Assembly: GCA_900659855.1 (NCBI GenBank)
Contig: CAACVI010000050.1
Span: forward strand, 85,902-149,901
Length of the DNA: 64,000 nucleotides
Reading direction: 5' to 3'
DNA from: Candidatus Desulfarcum epimagneticum
Lineage (GTDB): Bacteria; Desulfobacterota; Desulfobacteria; Desulfobacterales; CR-1
Position numbers and translations under genes: made by a program. Positions 26,669-36,405 of this stretch are shown here, one piece after another; position 1 is the first letter of the stretch, and each line of letters opens with the position of its first letter. Below the pieces are notes generated by a model. The model was given only the letters and a program-made list of their open reading frames with translations, searched no databases and was not told the origin of the DNA.

Positions 26669-28077
26669 GTCAGGTAATCGTGCATGGAGTCGGCGGCTTT
26701 TCTTCCGGCGCCCATGGCCAGGATGACGGTGGCCGCTCCGGTCACGATGTCGCCCCCGGCCCACACGCCTTTTTTGCTGGTTTTTCCGTTCTCTTCATCG
26801 GCCATGATATAGCCCCACTGGTTTAAGGCGATGTCCTTTGTGGACTGGGTCAGAAGCGGGTTGGCGCCTGAGCCCACGGCGATGATCACCTGGTCGCACT
26901 CCAGCTGGAACTCGGAGCCCTTGACGGGGACCGGGCGGCGGCGTCCCGAGTCGTCGGGCTCGCCCAGCTCCATTTTGAGCCCCTCCATGGCCGTGACCCG
27001 GCCCTTTTCATCCCCGAGGAATTTGGTGGGGCTGGTGAGGAAGAAGAACTCCACCCCTTCCTCCTGGGCGTGGTGCACCTCGGCGGCCCGGGCCGGCACC
27101 TCTTCCATGGAGCGGCGATAGACGATCCGGGAGGTTTCCGCGCCCAGACGAAGGGCCGTTCGCGCGGAGTCCATGGCCACGTTTCCGGCCCCAAGGGTGA
27201 TGACATGTTTCCCTTTGATCACGGGGGTGTCGTATTTGGGATACATATACGCCTTCATCAGGTTGGAGCGGGTGAGGTACTCATTGGCGGAGAAAATTCC
27301 GATGAGGTTTTCCCCGGGAACGTTGAGGAAACGGGGAAGACCGGCGCCCACCCCGAGATAGATGGCATCGTATCCCTCTTCAAACAGCTCGTCCAGAGAC
27401 ACGGTCCGGCCCACCACCTCGTTGCATTTGACCCTGGCTCCCAGTTTTTCAAGATAGTTGACCTCGCTGGCCACGATGTCCTTGGGCAGCCTGAACTCGG
27501 GAATCCCGTAAACCAGAACCCCGCCCGCCTGGTGAAAGGCTTCGAATATGGTGACGTCATGGCCCTTTAAAAGCAGGTCCCCGGCCACCGTGAGGCCCGA
27601 GGGGCCCGAGCCCACCACCGCCACCTTTTTTCCGGTGGAATCGGCCCTGGGCGGCGTTTCGCCGGTTCCCTGGGTTCTTTCCCGGTCCGCCGCGAAGCGC
27701 TCCAGGTTGCCGATGGCCACCGGCTCGCCTTTTTTGCCCACAATGCATTTCCCCTCGCACTGAAGCTCCTGGGGGCACACCCGGCCGCATACGGCGGGCA
27801 GGGCGTTGGTCTCCCATATTTTGCGGATGGATCCCGAATAGTCCTCTTCCAGCAAAAGTTTGATGAAACCCGGGATGTCCACCGAAACGGGGCATCCGTC
27901 CATGCACGCGGGCTTTTTGCACTGGAGGCAACGGCCGGCCTCCAGGGCGGCGGCCTCGGGACTCAATCCGTGGGGGACTTCCTCAAAATTTTTCGCTCTG
28001 ACAAGGGGGTCCTGCTCAGGCATCGGCTGACGGGGAGTTTTCTTTTTTTTGGCTTTTTTATCTGTTGCTTTCGGCAT
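26656..28077 (-). CDS. nfnB: GltD/SudA-like NADPH-dependent oxidoreductase, large subunit of an NfnAB-type enzyme
   Basis: 473 aa with N-terminal Fe-S Cys motifs (CLQCKKPACMDGCP, CGRVCPQELQCEGKC) and two dinucleotide folds (VAVVGSGPSGL, VITLGAGNVAMD). Confidence 0.85.
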   Translation of the reverse strand: MPKATDKKAKKKKTPRQPMPEQDPLVRAKNFEEVPHGLSPEAAALEAGRCLQCKKPACMDGCPVSVDIPGFIKLLLEEDYSGSIRKIWETNALPAVCGRVCPQELQCEGKCIVGKKGEPVAIGNLERFAADRERTQGTGETPPRADSTGKKVAVVGSGPSGLTVAGDLLLKGHDVTIFEAFHQAGGVLVYGIPEFRLPKDIVASEVNYLEKLGARVKCNEVVGRTVSLDELFEEGYDAIYLGVGAGLPRFLNVPGENLIGIFSANEYLTRSNLMKAYMYPKYDTPVIKGKHVITLGAGNVAMDSARTALRLGAETSRIVYRRSMEEVPARAAEVHHAQEEGVEFFFLTSPTKFLGDEKGRVTAMEGLKMELGEPDDSGRRRPVPVKGSEFQLECDQVIIAVGSGANPLLTQSTKDIALNQWGYIMADEENGKTSKKGVWAGGDIVTGAATVILAMGAGRKAADSMHDYLTWGW

Positions 28078-28116
28078 GATGTCCTCTTCGTGTATGTTAT
28101 AAAGTCTGTGATATGA

Positions 28117-28944
28117 TCAGTTGTTCGCGCAAAAGGCTTTGTAGCTTTTCTGCTCCTCGTCCATGTAGGAGGCCAGGCGCATCATCAGCTCGTCGTAATC
28201 CACTTTATGACCGTCGAATTCAGGACCGTCCACGCATCCGAATTTCGTCTGTCCGCCCACCGACACCCGGCATCCTCCGCACATTCCGGTTCCGTCCACC
28301 ATGATGGGGTTTAAGCTCACCAGGGTTTTGACCTTGAACGGGCGCGTGACCTCGGAGGCGAATTTCATCATGGGCACCGGCCCGATGGCCACCACCAGCT
28401 GAATGTCCTCTTTTTCCAGGATGTCTTTGAGCACATCGGTGACAAAGCCGTGATGCCCGTACGAGCCGTCGTCCGTGCACACGCGCAGGTCGTGGGAGGC
28501 GGCCTTCATCTGATCCTCAAGGATGAGAATGTCCTTGTTCCTGGCGCCGATGATGCCGGTCACATGGTTGCCTATATTTTTCAACGCCCTGGCGATGGGG
28601 TGCAGGACGGCGATGCCTGTGCCGCCCCCCACGCACACCACATTCCCCACTTTTTCAATTTCGGTGGGTTTTCCCAGGGGGCCGATGACATCGCTGTACG
28701 CATCTCCCTCCATCAACGCCTTGAACAGGGCGGTGGACTTTCCCACCACCATATAGATGACGGTGATGGTGCCCTTTTCAGGATTGGTGTCGGCCATGGT
28801 GAGGGGGATTCTCTCCCCGGCCTCGTTGGCCATCAGTATCACGAACTGTCCCGGTTTGGCTTTCTGGGCGATTTTGGGCGCTTCGATTTCGTTGAGTATG
28901 ACGTCTCCGCCGGACATTTCCTCGCGTTTGACAATTTTAAACAT
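28117..28944 (-). CDS. nfnA: PyrK/SudB-like FAD/NAD-binding 2Fe-2S subunit (NfnA-type)
   Basis: The internal ATG at 28944 has a ggagg RBS. The protein has VCVGGGTGIAVLHPIA and the C-terminal motif CGGCRVSVGGQTKFGCVDGPEF. Confidence 0.8.
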   Translation of the reverse strand: MFKIVKREEMSGGDVILNEIEAPKIAQKAKPGQFVILMANEAGERIPLTMADTNPEKGTITVIYMVVGKSTALFKALMEGDAYSDVIGPLGKPTEIEKVGNVVCVGGGTGIAVLHPIARALKNIGNHVTGIIGARNKDILILEDQMKAASHDLRVCTDDGSYGHHGFVTDVLKDILEKEDIQLVVAIGPVPMMKFASEVTRPFKVKTLVSLNPIMVDGTGMCGGCRVSVGGQTKFGCVDGPEFDGHKVDYDELMMRLASYMDEEQKSYKAFCANN

Positions 28945-29089
28945 AAAAACCTCCGAGTGAATGGGTTGCTTGGTGGCCAAATATTTTATCCGAAATTGGC
29001 GGCAAGTCAAGAAAATACCTTGTCAACGGATGAAAAAAAATATATTTTGGTTTTTTCCAAAAAAATCAGACTGCGGGGGAAGGGCATTG

Positions 29090-29872
29090 ATGAAATGTTT
29101 CGACAGCCACTGCCATCTGGATGACCGTTATTTCAAAGATGACGCCGATTCGGCCATCCGGCGGGCCAAAGAGGCCGGGGTGTGTGAAATGATGATCGTG
29201 GGGACCGATTTGGACAGCTCCCGAAAGGTCGTGGAGATGGCCCGGAAAGGGGAGGGGCTTTACGCGTCTGTGGGCGTTCATCCCCATGACGCCGTCCGTT
29301 GCGGCCCCGGGGTCATCGATTCTTTGAGAGAGCTGGCCCAAAATCCCCGGGTCAGGGCATGGGGGGAAACCGGGCTGGATTTCAACCGGATGTATTCCCC
29401 GGCCCGGGACCAGGAGAAATGTTTTGCCCGCCAGATGGAGGCGGCCGGGGACCTGGGGCTTCCCCTGATTTTTCATGAGAGGGATTCAAAGGGCCGCTTC
29501 CTTGAAATGCTTAAAAGCCGCCTGGGCCCGAAAATGTCGGGGGTGGTCCACTGTTTCAGCGGGAGCCGCCTTGAGCTTGAACAGTATCTGGCGCTCGGTC
29601 TTCACATCGGCGTCACCGGGATCGTGACCCTATTAAAAAGGGGCGAAAAGCTTCGGGCCCTGGTCCCCCTGATTCCAAAGGACCGCATTTTGATCGAGAC
29701 AGACGCCCCCTACCTGACCCCCGCCCCTCAGAAAAACAAAACCCGCCGCAATGAGCCCGCCTTCGTGGTTTCGGTTCTGCGTAAGCTCGCCGACGCGCTG
29801 AATGAGGACCCGGCGGAACTGGCCCGGGCGCTTCGGAAAAACACCCTGGATTTTTTTAACATCCATCCATAA
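29090..29872 (+). CDS. tatD: TatD-family metal-dependent hydrolase
   Basis: MKCFDSHCHLDD...VGVHPHDA...IFHERD...VVHCFSG...ETDAPYL. The internal ATG at 29090 is preferred to the track start. Confidence 0.88.
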   Translation: MKCFDSHCHLDDRYFKDDADSAIRRAKEAGVCEMMIVGTDLDSSRKVVEMARKGEGLYASVGVHPHDAVRCGPGVIDSLRELAQNPRVRAWGETGLDFNRMYSPARDQEKCFARQMEAAGDLGLPLIFHERDSKGRFLEMLKSRLGPKMSGVVHCFSGSRLELEQYLALGLHIGVTGIVTLLKRGEKLRALVPLIPKDRILIETDAPYLTPAPQKNKTRRNEPAFVVSVLRKLADALNEDPAELARALRKNTLDFFNIHP

Positions 29873-29881
29873 GGGCTCGCT

Positions 29882-29931
29882 CAAAAAAAAAGCGCGGGGG
29901 ACAGCGTTTCGCCATCCCCCGCGCTTTTTTT
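29882..29931. terminator. Bidirectional rho-independent terminator between the convergent tatD and HAD genes
   Basis: A run of A residues, then the stem gcgcggggga / tcccccgcgc with a 13-nt loop, then ttttttt. Confidence 0.6.
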
Positions 29932-29973
29932 CGGGTTTGGATTTTTTATGTCTTCAAAATCCCTTCAAAGTCA

Positions 29974-31431
29974 TTAGAACCCCTTGAGCTTGCCGGAAGT
30001 CCTGAGCATTTTGATCACGGCGTTGGGGGTCTTCTTTTTGAACGGTTTGGCGTGGAGCCGTTTGTTCACATCATCCTGAGAAGCCACAAAACCGGGGGAC
30101 TCCTTAAAGAGAACCGGCTGGAGCATCCACTCCCCGGGAAGAGAATTTTCAATCAGGTCCAGGGTTTTTTCCTGGTATTCCATTTTTTCCAGCCGGGTGA
30201 TCCACAGCCTGTTTTCAGCCTGGTTGAGCATGGGGTGGTCATTGGGGCTGTCCCCGGCCACCAGGAAGGGCCTGCCGTAGCTGACGAACTTGAAAATATT
30301 GGCCAGCTGTCCGAAGTATCCCGTCAGGGGATACACCACCTGGGTGGTCAGCCGGTAGTTGGTCAATTCGGCGATGTCCATGTTGGCGTAGGCCTGGTTG
30401 GTTTTGGCCAGCAAAGAGTCCTGGTGCATGATTCCCGTCCGGTTGTCCTCAACCAGAACGCTGATTCCGATGACGTGATCGGGGGCGATGGCGGCCTCCG
30501 CTCCGTATTTGGCCTGAATCAGGGGATTGAGATGTTTGAGAACGATCCATCTCGCCGTCCATGTGTTGCTGGTGGAGAAGATATACACATCGTACCCGTT
30601 TTTGACCAAAAGCCCTGTCAGGTCGACCATTTCCGGGTAGAAGAAGGGCTGGAGATATCCGTTCACCTTGGTTTCCTGAAGGTTGGGATAGGTCCTGTCC
30701 AGTCTGGCGATTCCGTTGGCGTAGGCCTTTTCTGTGGAGCTGGCGATGTCGGCGGGCGTCATGCCGGCCATGATCTGGGTCAGCCACACATACCCGTTGG
30801 AATACGGGGAAAGCTCTTCGGGCTGCTCCTTGGTGACGGAAAGGAAATTGTTGTAAAACTGGGCGGGACCGCTGAAGTCGGCGATGTCCACCCGGGTGTT
30901 GTTCAGCTTGCCGGACGGGGTGATGTTGGCGGGGATGTTTCTTGAAGTGATTTTTTTGTCTCCCACCATGGAGGCGAAGGTCGCCTCGCCGATGTCCCGG
31001 CAGATGAGGGTATTGTCAAAGTCGATGATGACTTTTTTGCCCTGTCCCGCGTTCTGGGCGATTAAATTTTCCAGCCTGGACTTTACTTCAGGAATCCAGT
31101 CGCCGTTGTCCAGCGTCCCGGTTCCCGCCACAGGGGCTGAGACCGCGGTGGCCGTGGCGGCCGCGGTCTGGGGGGCGGCTTCGTCAACGGCCGCCGGAGC
31201 GTCCGCCGGGGCTTCCGGAGCGGCGGCGATCTGACCAGGGACGACTGCGGCGGGGGCTTCCGGGGCCGGGGCCGCCGGGGCGTCGGGATCGAATTCCGCG
31301 ACCGTGTCGCCCGCCGTCTCATCCGGAAAATCGGCGATAATCGATTGAGATCTTCCGGCGCAGCTCCCGAAAAGGAATGACACAATAAATAACAGACTGA
31401 TCAGGTTGATTACAATAAAACTTTTTTTCAT
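29974..31431 (-). CDS. Secreted HAD-superfamily hydrolase lipoprotein (SerB-like fold)
   Basis: The internal ATG at 31431 has a ggagg RBS. The lipobox reads LFGSCAG, followed by an Ala/Pro-rich linker and HAD motif I (VIIDFDNTLICRD). Confidence 0.65.
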   Translation of the reverse strand: MKKSFIVINLISLLFIVSFLFGSCAGRSQSIIADFPDETAGDTVAEFDPDAPAAPAPEAPAAVVPGQIAAAPEAPADAPAAVDEAAPQTAAATATAVSAPVAGTGTLDNGDWIPEVKSRLENLIAQNAGQGKKVIIDFDNTLICRDIGEATFASMVGDKKITSRNIPANITPSGKLNNTRVDIADFSGPAQFYNNFLSVTKEQPEELSPYSNGYVWLTQIMAGMTPADIASSTEKAYANGIARLDRTYPNLQETKVNGYLQPFFYPEMVDLTGLLVKNGYDVYIFSTSNTWTARWIVLKHLNPLIQAKYGAEAAIAPDHVIGISVLVEDNRTGIMHQDSLLAKTNQAYANMDIAELTNYRLTTQVVYPLTGYFGQLANIFKFVSYGRPFLVAGDSPNDHPMLNQAENRLWITRLEKMEYQEKTLDLIENSLPGEWMLQPVLFKESPGFVASQDDVNKRLHAKPFKKKTPNAVIKMLRTSGKLKGF

Positions 31432-31718
31432 TGAAGACCTCCAATTTCCCTTATTAAATAGGTGATTTTTTTCCGCATGATTTAAATCGATTTTGACGGC
31501 CTTAAACATTTGGAGCGTTTTATTTCGCCGTTTTCCATTTCCAAGGGGGGCGTGTCATGGCCGACCCGATCGTTTGTCTTTTGGTATTTACTTATAAAAA
31601 AACAACCTTTTGAACTTAGCCCGGAAAGCGGGGCTTGTCAAGACGATTATAAAAATTTAAGGGCGTTTTTCAACGCGGGCCGATTTGGAAATCTCCAGTC
31701 CGCCATGCCATCTGTAAG

Positions 31719-31746
31719 TTTATACTTTTATATCTATTATTGTCAA
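31719..31746 (-). promoter_or_regulatory. Strong sigma70-like promoter candidate facing the HAD gene
   Basis: On the minus strand: TTGACA (31746-31741), a 16-nt spacer, then TATAAA (31724-31719). This would give a leader of roughly 280 nt. Confidence 0.4.
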
Positions 31747-31774
31747 GCATTTTGAGCGACGCGACCCATATTAA

Positions 31775-32740
31775 TCAAACGGGCGCCTGGGCGGTCCGGG
31801 GACGCGGTCCGGTCCCGGGAATCTCAAGCGCCCCGATGAGAGCGCCCACGTCGCCGATCCCCTCTTCCGCGAGAAATTTTTCAATGCCGTCGATAATATC
31901 GGCGGCCGCGCGGGGATTGATAAAATGGGCCGAGCCCACCTGGACGGCCGAGGCGCCGGCCATCAGAAACTCAATGGCGTCTTCGGCGGTCATGACGCCT
32001 CCCGAGCCGATCACGGGGATGTCCACGGCCCCGGAGGCCTCCCACACCATTTTGAGGGCCACGGGTTTGATGGCGGGCCCGGAAAGCCCCCCTGTGACGG
32101 CCCCCAGTCTCGGGGACCGGGTTCGGATATCAATGGCCATTCCTGAAAGCGTGTTGATGAGACACAGGGCGTCTGCCCCTTCGGCTTCGGCGCGTTTGGC
32201 GATGGGAGTGATCCGGGACACATTGGGGCTGAGTTTTACGATCACGGGAAGGGAGGTCCTTTTCCGCACTGACGCGACCACGCGCCCGGCGGATTCCGGG
32301 TCTGTTCCGAACGCCATGCCCCCGGCCTTGACATTGGGGCAGGAGATGTTGACCTCCAGAAATGAGATTCCCTCCACCTTGTCCAGGATTTCAGCCAGAA
32401 GGGCGTATTCCTCGAAGGTTTTTCCGTATATGTTGACCACGACAGGGGAGGGGACCGTCCTGAGAAACGGCATTTTTTTCTCGATGAACGCCTCCACTCC
32501 CACGTTTTCCAGCCCGATGGAGTTCAGCATGCCCCCGGCCGTCTCCACGATCCTGGGAGGGGGATTGCCTTTTTCGGGTTTTAAGGAAAGGCCCTTGACC
32601 ACAATGGCCCCGAGCCGGCCTAAGTCCATGAGGTCTTTGAACTCCTCCCCGTAGCCGAAGGTCCCGGACGCGGTCATGACCGGATTCGCAAGCCCGACCC
32701 CCGCGATATGGACCCGGAGTCCGGGTTTTTTTTGTTTCAT
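31775..32740 (-). CDS. pyrD: Dihydroorotate dehydrogenase catalytic subunit (class 1B-like)
   Basis: LANPVMTASGTFGYG...LEVNISCPNVK...IVKLSPNV...GGLSGPAIKPVAL...IGSGGV. The internal ATG at 32740 is preferred. Confidence 0.88.
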   Translation of the reverse strand: MKQKKPGLRVHIAGVGLANPVMTASGTFGYGEEFKDLMDLGRLGAIVVKGLSLKPEKGNPPPRIVETAGGMLNSIGLENVGVEAFIEKKMPFLRTVPSPVVVNIYGKTFEEYALLAEILDKVEGISFLEVNISCPNVKAGGMAFGTDPESAGRVVASVRKRTSLPVIVKLSPNVSRITPIAKRAEAEGADALCLINTLSGMAIDIRTRSPRLGAVTGGLSGPAIKPVALKMVWEASGAVDIPVIGSGGVMTAEDAIEFLMAGASAVQVGSAHFINPRAAADIIDGIEKFLAEEGIGDVGALIGALEIPGTGPRPRTAQAPV

Positions 32741-32875
32741 GGCGTCAGCGTTTTCCAGAATGGGTGAATGGTTTTTAAAAAGTTCCGAGTTTCCATGTCC
32801 CATACCCCATGCGGCCGGATTAATCAAGACCGTTTTTTTCTTGAAATTTAAAATAAATAATATTCATTTTTCTTC

Positions 32876-32947
32876 TTGACTTGAACGGGAATAGTTTATA
32901 TTGACTGAAATGTGGATTAAAATGGATGTAAAGTGGTTTATTGTGGA
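32876..32947 (+). promoter_or_regulatory. Candidate Pmra promoter plus four phased (G/A)TGG(A/T) boxes (MraZ operator-like)
   Basis: TTGACT (32876-32881) followed by TATATT (32897-32902). TGG cores sit at 32913, 32923, 32934 and 32944, giving spacings of 10, 11 and 10 nt. Confidence 0.45.
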
Positions 32948-32989
32948 AAAACCTTTTTTCGGCGGGAAGAAACACCCCCCGGGGGCGAC

Positions 32990-33436
32990 ATGTTCAGAGG
33001 CACATCCTATAACACGCTGGATCCCAAGGGACGGTTCATTATGCCGTCGCGGTTCCGGGGGCTCATGGAGTCGGGAAAGAACGACGCTCTCATGATCACG
33101 CGCCTGGACGGGGCCCTTTTCGCCTACACCCTGGACGAGTGGAGCGCCGTTGAGTCCCGGATCCTCCAGGAGCCCACCACGAGCGCGGCGCTGCGGCGCT
33201 TCAGACGAATATTCATCGGCGGCGCCGCCCAGTGCGCCAAAGACAAGCAGGGGCGCGTTCTCATCCCGGTTCCCATGCGCGAATACGCCCATCTGAAAAA
33301 AGACATCGTCATCGTGGGGCAGATCAACCATTTTGAGATCTGGTCTAAAAAAAGGTATGAGGCGGAGGAGAAAAAGCTGGACGAGGACATGGGCCGCGAG
33401 GATGTCGGAGACGAAATCGCGAAATTCGGGCTTTAG
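32990..33436 (+). CDS. mraZ: Transcriptional regulator MraZ
   Basis: MFRGTSYNTLDPKGRFIMPSRFR plus a second SpoVT/AbrB-like repeat (DKQGRVLIPVPMREYA). Confidence 0.9.
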   Translation: MFRGTSYNTLDPKGRFIMPSRFRGLMESGKNDALMITRLDGALFAYTLDEWSAVESRILQEPTTSAALRRFRRIFIGGAAQCAKDKQGRVLIPVPMREYAHLKKDIVIVGQINHFEIWSKKRYEAEEKKLDEDMGREDVGDEIAKFGL

Positions 33437-33438
33437 TC

Positions 33439-34380
33439 ATGGATTTTGTCCATATCCCCGTCATGGTGGACGAAATCCTGGCGTCTCTGGACTGCGCGCC
33501 GGGCAAAATCGTCGCCGACTGCACCCTGGGAGGCGCGGGCCATGCCCGGGCCATTTTGGAAAAAATTATCCCGGGCGGGCTTTTGGTGGGGATGGACCAG
33601 GATCCGGACGCCATTGAAACCGCGGCGGCCCGGCTCAGGCCTTTTGAATCCGGCGTTCGGCTTTTTCAGAAAAATTACATTCATCTCAGACAGGCCCTTT
33701 CCGAGACCGGGATCAGGCGGACGGACGGCATTCTTCTGGATCTCGGCCTGTCATGGTGGCAGATCGTGGGAAGCGGCAGGGGGTTTTCCTTCAAAAAGGA
33801 CGAGCCCCTGGACATGCGCATGAACCCCGGCGCCCCGAAAACGGCGGCCCGCTTTGTGAACCGGCTTGACGAAAGGGCGCTGGCCCGGCTGTTTTATGAA
33901 TACGGCGAGGAGCCCCTGGCCCGCCGGATGGCCCGGCGAATCGTTTCGGCCAGGAAGAAAAAGCCCATTGAAACCAGCCGGGAGCTGGCCGGGATCGTGG
34001 CGGCCGCGGCGGGGAAAAATTCCCGGAAATCAAGGATCCATCCCGCCACCCGGGTGTTTATGGCGCTTCGGATCGCGGTGAACCGGGAATTGGATGTCCT
34101 GGAGGAATTCATGGGGTCCTTTATAGACACGCTCAGCCCGGGAGGCCGGATATGCGTGTTGTCTTACCATTCCTTAGAGGACCGGATCGTGAAACGGGCG
34201 CTCAAATCCCTGGAGCGGGGATGCGTGTGCCCCCCGGATTTTCCGACGTGTGTCTGCGGCAAAAAGCCCCGGGTTCGTCTTCTTTCAAAAAAAGCCCGGC
34301 GGCCCTCCGAAAAGGAGGTCGCGGCCAATCCCATGTCCAGGAGCGCGGTCATGAGGGCGGCGGAAAAATTGTGTGAATAA
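33439..34380 (+). CDS. rsmH: 16S rRNA (cytosine1402-N4)-methyltransferase RsmH
   Basis: HIPVMVDEIL...DCTLGGAGHA...DLGLS..Q...RGFSF. Confidence 0.92.
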   Translation: MDFVHIPVMVDEILASLDCAPGKIVADCTLGGAGHARAILEKIIPGGLLVGMDQDPDAIETAAARLRPFESGVRLFQKNYIHLRQALSETGIRRTDGILLDLGLSWWQIVGSGRGFSFKKDEPLDMRMNPGAPKTAARFVNRLDERALARLFYEYGEEPLARRMARRIVSARKKKPIETSRELAGIVAAAAGKNSRKSRIHPATRVFMALRIAVNRELDVLEEFMGSFIDTLSPGGRICVLSYHSLEDRIVKRALKSLERGCVCPPDFPTCVCGKKPRVRLLSKKARRPSEKEVAANPMSRSAVMRAAEKLCE

Positions 34381-34390
34381 GGTCGGGGCG

Positions 34391-34675
34391 ATGAGAAAAA
34401 AAATCGGGCGAATCCGGATGCTTCTGGCATGTTTCGCCTTTATGCTGTTTGTGTTCGCCGAGATGATGGCCTACGCGTGGCTTCGGGTTCAATGCATGGA
34501 CCTGGGCTATGAGATATCCAGGGAGACCGCCTACAACAGGCGGCTTTCCAGGCTCAGAAACAGTCTCACCATCGAGCTGGAGCGATTGAGATCTCTTCAA
34601 CGGATTGAAAGGATCGCGAAAAAGGAGCTGGGGCTCAAAGCCCCGCCCCGGGGAATCGCGATTTTTGGGCAATGA
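34391..34675 (+). CDS. ftsL: Cell division protein FtsL-like (small bitopic protein)
   Basis: A single TM segment (LLACFAFMLFVFAEMMAYAWL) followed by a short coiled coil, positioned between rsmH and ftsI. The ATG at 34391 is preferred to the GTG at 34373. Confidence 0.6.
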   Translation: MRKKIGRIRMLLACFAFMLFVFAEMMAYAWLRVQCMDLGYEISRETAYNRRLSRLRNSLTIELERLRSLQRIERIAKKELGLKAPPRGIAIFGQ

Positions 34676-36405
34676 AAGCCGGACAAAGAAAACACATTCG
34701 ATTTCGCGCGGCCCTGGTCGGCGTTTTCCTGGGAATGGCGCTGGCGGCCATCGGGGTCCGGGCTTTTTACCTTCAGGTTTTAATCAGCCGGGATTTATCC
34801 GTCAAAGCCGAGTCCGAATATAAGAAATCCGTGGTGTCCCGGGGAGAGCGGGGCGTCATTTACGACCGGAACTTAAGGGAGCTGGCCGTCAGCGTCCGGG
34901 TGTCGTCGGTGGCCGCGTATCCCGAGAAGATTCAGGACCGGAAAGCCGCCTCGCGTCTTCTCGCCCGGACCCTGGACGTGGACCGGGACGAGGCCATGGG
35001 GAAACTGGCGTCCAAAAGGCGCTTTGTCTGGATCAAAAGAAAGGCCTCGCCCAGGGAAACCGAGGCGCTGAAAGCGCTCAATATTTTCGGGATTGATTTT
35101 TTAACGGAATTCGACCGCTACTATCCGGACAGGAGCTTCGCTTCCCAGGCCGTGGGATTTTCAGGGCTGGACGGGAACGGGCTGGAGGGGATTGAATTTT
35201 ATTACAACCGTTACCTGAAAGGCGGGGCCGCGAGGCTCACGGTTTACCGGGACGCCCTGGGCCGAGGCATTGAGGACGCCCCAAGGGCGTCCGATCACCG
35301 GGGCAAGGATGTGGTTCTCACCATTGATAAGAAGATCCAGTTTATTTCCGAAAGCGCCTTAAGGGAGGCGGTGGAGCGTTTTTCCGCCAAATCCGGCATG
35401 GTCGTCGTCATGGCGCCTGAAACCGGGGAGATTCTGGCCATTGTCAATTACCCGGGATTTGATCCCAACTCCTTCGCCTCCTTCGGACGGGAGCGGTGGC
35501 GAAATCGCTGCGTCACGGACCAGTTTGAGCCGGGCTCCACCATGAAGATTTTCACTGTGGCGGCGGCCCTGGAATCGGGAAAATCCTCTCCGGACACCCT
35601 GGTTTTCTGCCACAATGGAAGGTACCGGGTGGGCAAAAGCTTTGTGCATGACATCAAGCCCCGGGCCTGGCTTTCATTGAGCCAGGTGATCAAATACTCC
35701 AGCAATATCGGGGCCGTCAAAATCAGCGAGATCATCGGTCCCGGGGCCCTGAGCCGGACCCTTAAGGACTTCGGATTCGGGGAAAAAACCGGCGTGGACT
35801 TCCCCGGCGAAAGTCCGGGGATGATTTCCCCCCATCGGACGTGGACCCGAATCGACGCCGGGGCCATCGCCTTCGGCCAGGGCATATCGGTGTCGGCCAT
35901 CCAGATGGCGGCCGCCGTGTCGGCCATCGGCAATGGCGGCGATCTCATGAGGCCCCGCGTGGTCAAAGGAATCATGGACCCGGACGGTCGATATGTCAGA
36001 CGCTTTCGCCCGGAAAGGGTCAGACGGGCCGTGTCGCCGAAGACCGCGGCGGCCATCCGGAAAATGATGGCGAGGGTGACGGCGCCGGGGGGCACCGGCG
36101 TTCGGGCCTCCCTTGGCCGGCGCGCGGTCTGCGGCAAAACCGGAACCGCGCAAAAACCCGATGAGACCGGGGGTTACTCCGACGACCGGCACATCGCCTC
36201 TTTTGTGGGATTCGCCCCGGCGTCGAATCCGGCCATCGCCGTGGTGGTGATCATCGACGAGCCCAGGGGCGAGCATTACGGCGGGGTGGTGGCGGCGCCT
36301 GTTTTCAGAAAAATCGCCGGCCAGACCCTGGATTACCTGGATGCGTATCCCGACCGGAAAAGTCCTGATCTCAGGGCGTCGGGGAAAGACGAGGCCGGCG
36401 CTTGA
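34672..36405 (+). CDS. ftsI: Peptidoglycan D,D-transpeptidase FtsI (PBP3)
   Basis: Active-site motifs STMK (FEPGSTMKIF), SSN (YSSNIG) and KTG (GKTGTA). Confidence 0.9.
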   Translation: MKAGQRKHIRFRAALVGVFLGMALAAIGVRAFYLQVLISRDLSVKAESEYKKSVVSRGERGVIYDRNLRELAVSVRVSSVAAYPEKIQDRKAASRLLARTLDVDRDEAMGKLASKRRFVWIKRKASPRETEALKALNIFGIDFLTEFDRYYPDRSFASQAVGFSGLDGNGLEGIEFYYNRYLKGGAARLTVYRDALGRGIEDAPRASDHRGKDVVLTIDKKIQFISESALREAVERFSAKSGMVVVMAPETGEILAIVNYPGFDPNSFASFGRERWRNRCVTDQFEPGSTMKIFTVAAALESGKSSPDTLVFCHNGRYRVGKSFVHDIKPRAWLSLSQVIKYSSNIGAVKISEIIGPGALSRTLKDFGFGEKTGVDFPGESPGMISPHRTWTRIDAGAIAFGQGISVSAIQMAAAVSAIGNGGDLMRPRVVKGIMDPDGRYVRRFRPERVRRAVSPKTAAAIRKMMARVTAPGGTGVRASLGRRAVCGKTGTAQKPDETGGYSDDRHIASFVGFAPASNPAIAVVVIIDEPRGEHYGGVVAAPVFRKIAGQTLDYLDAYPDRKSPDLRASGKDEAGA

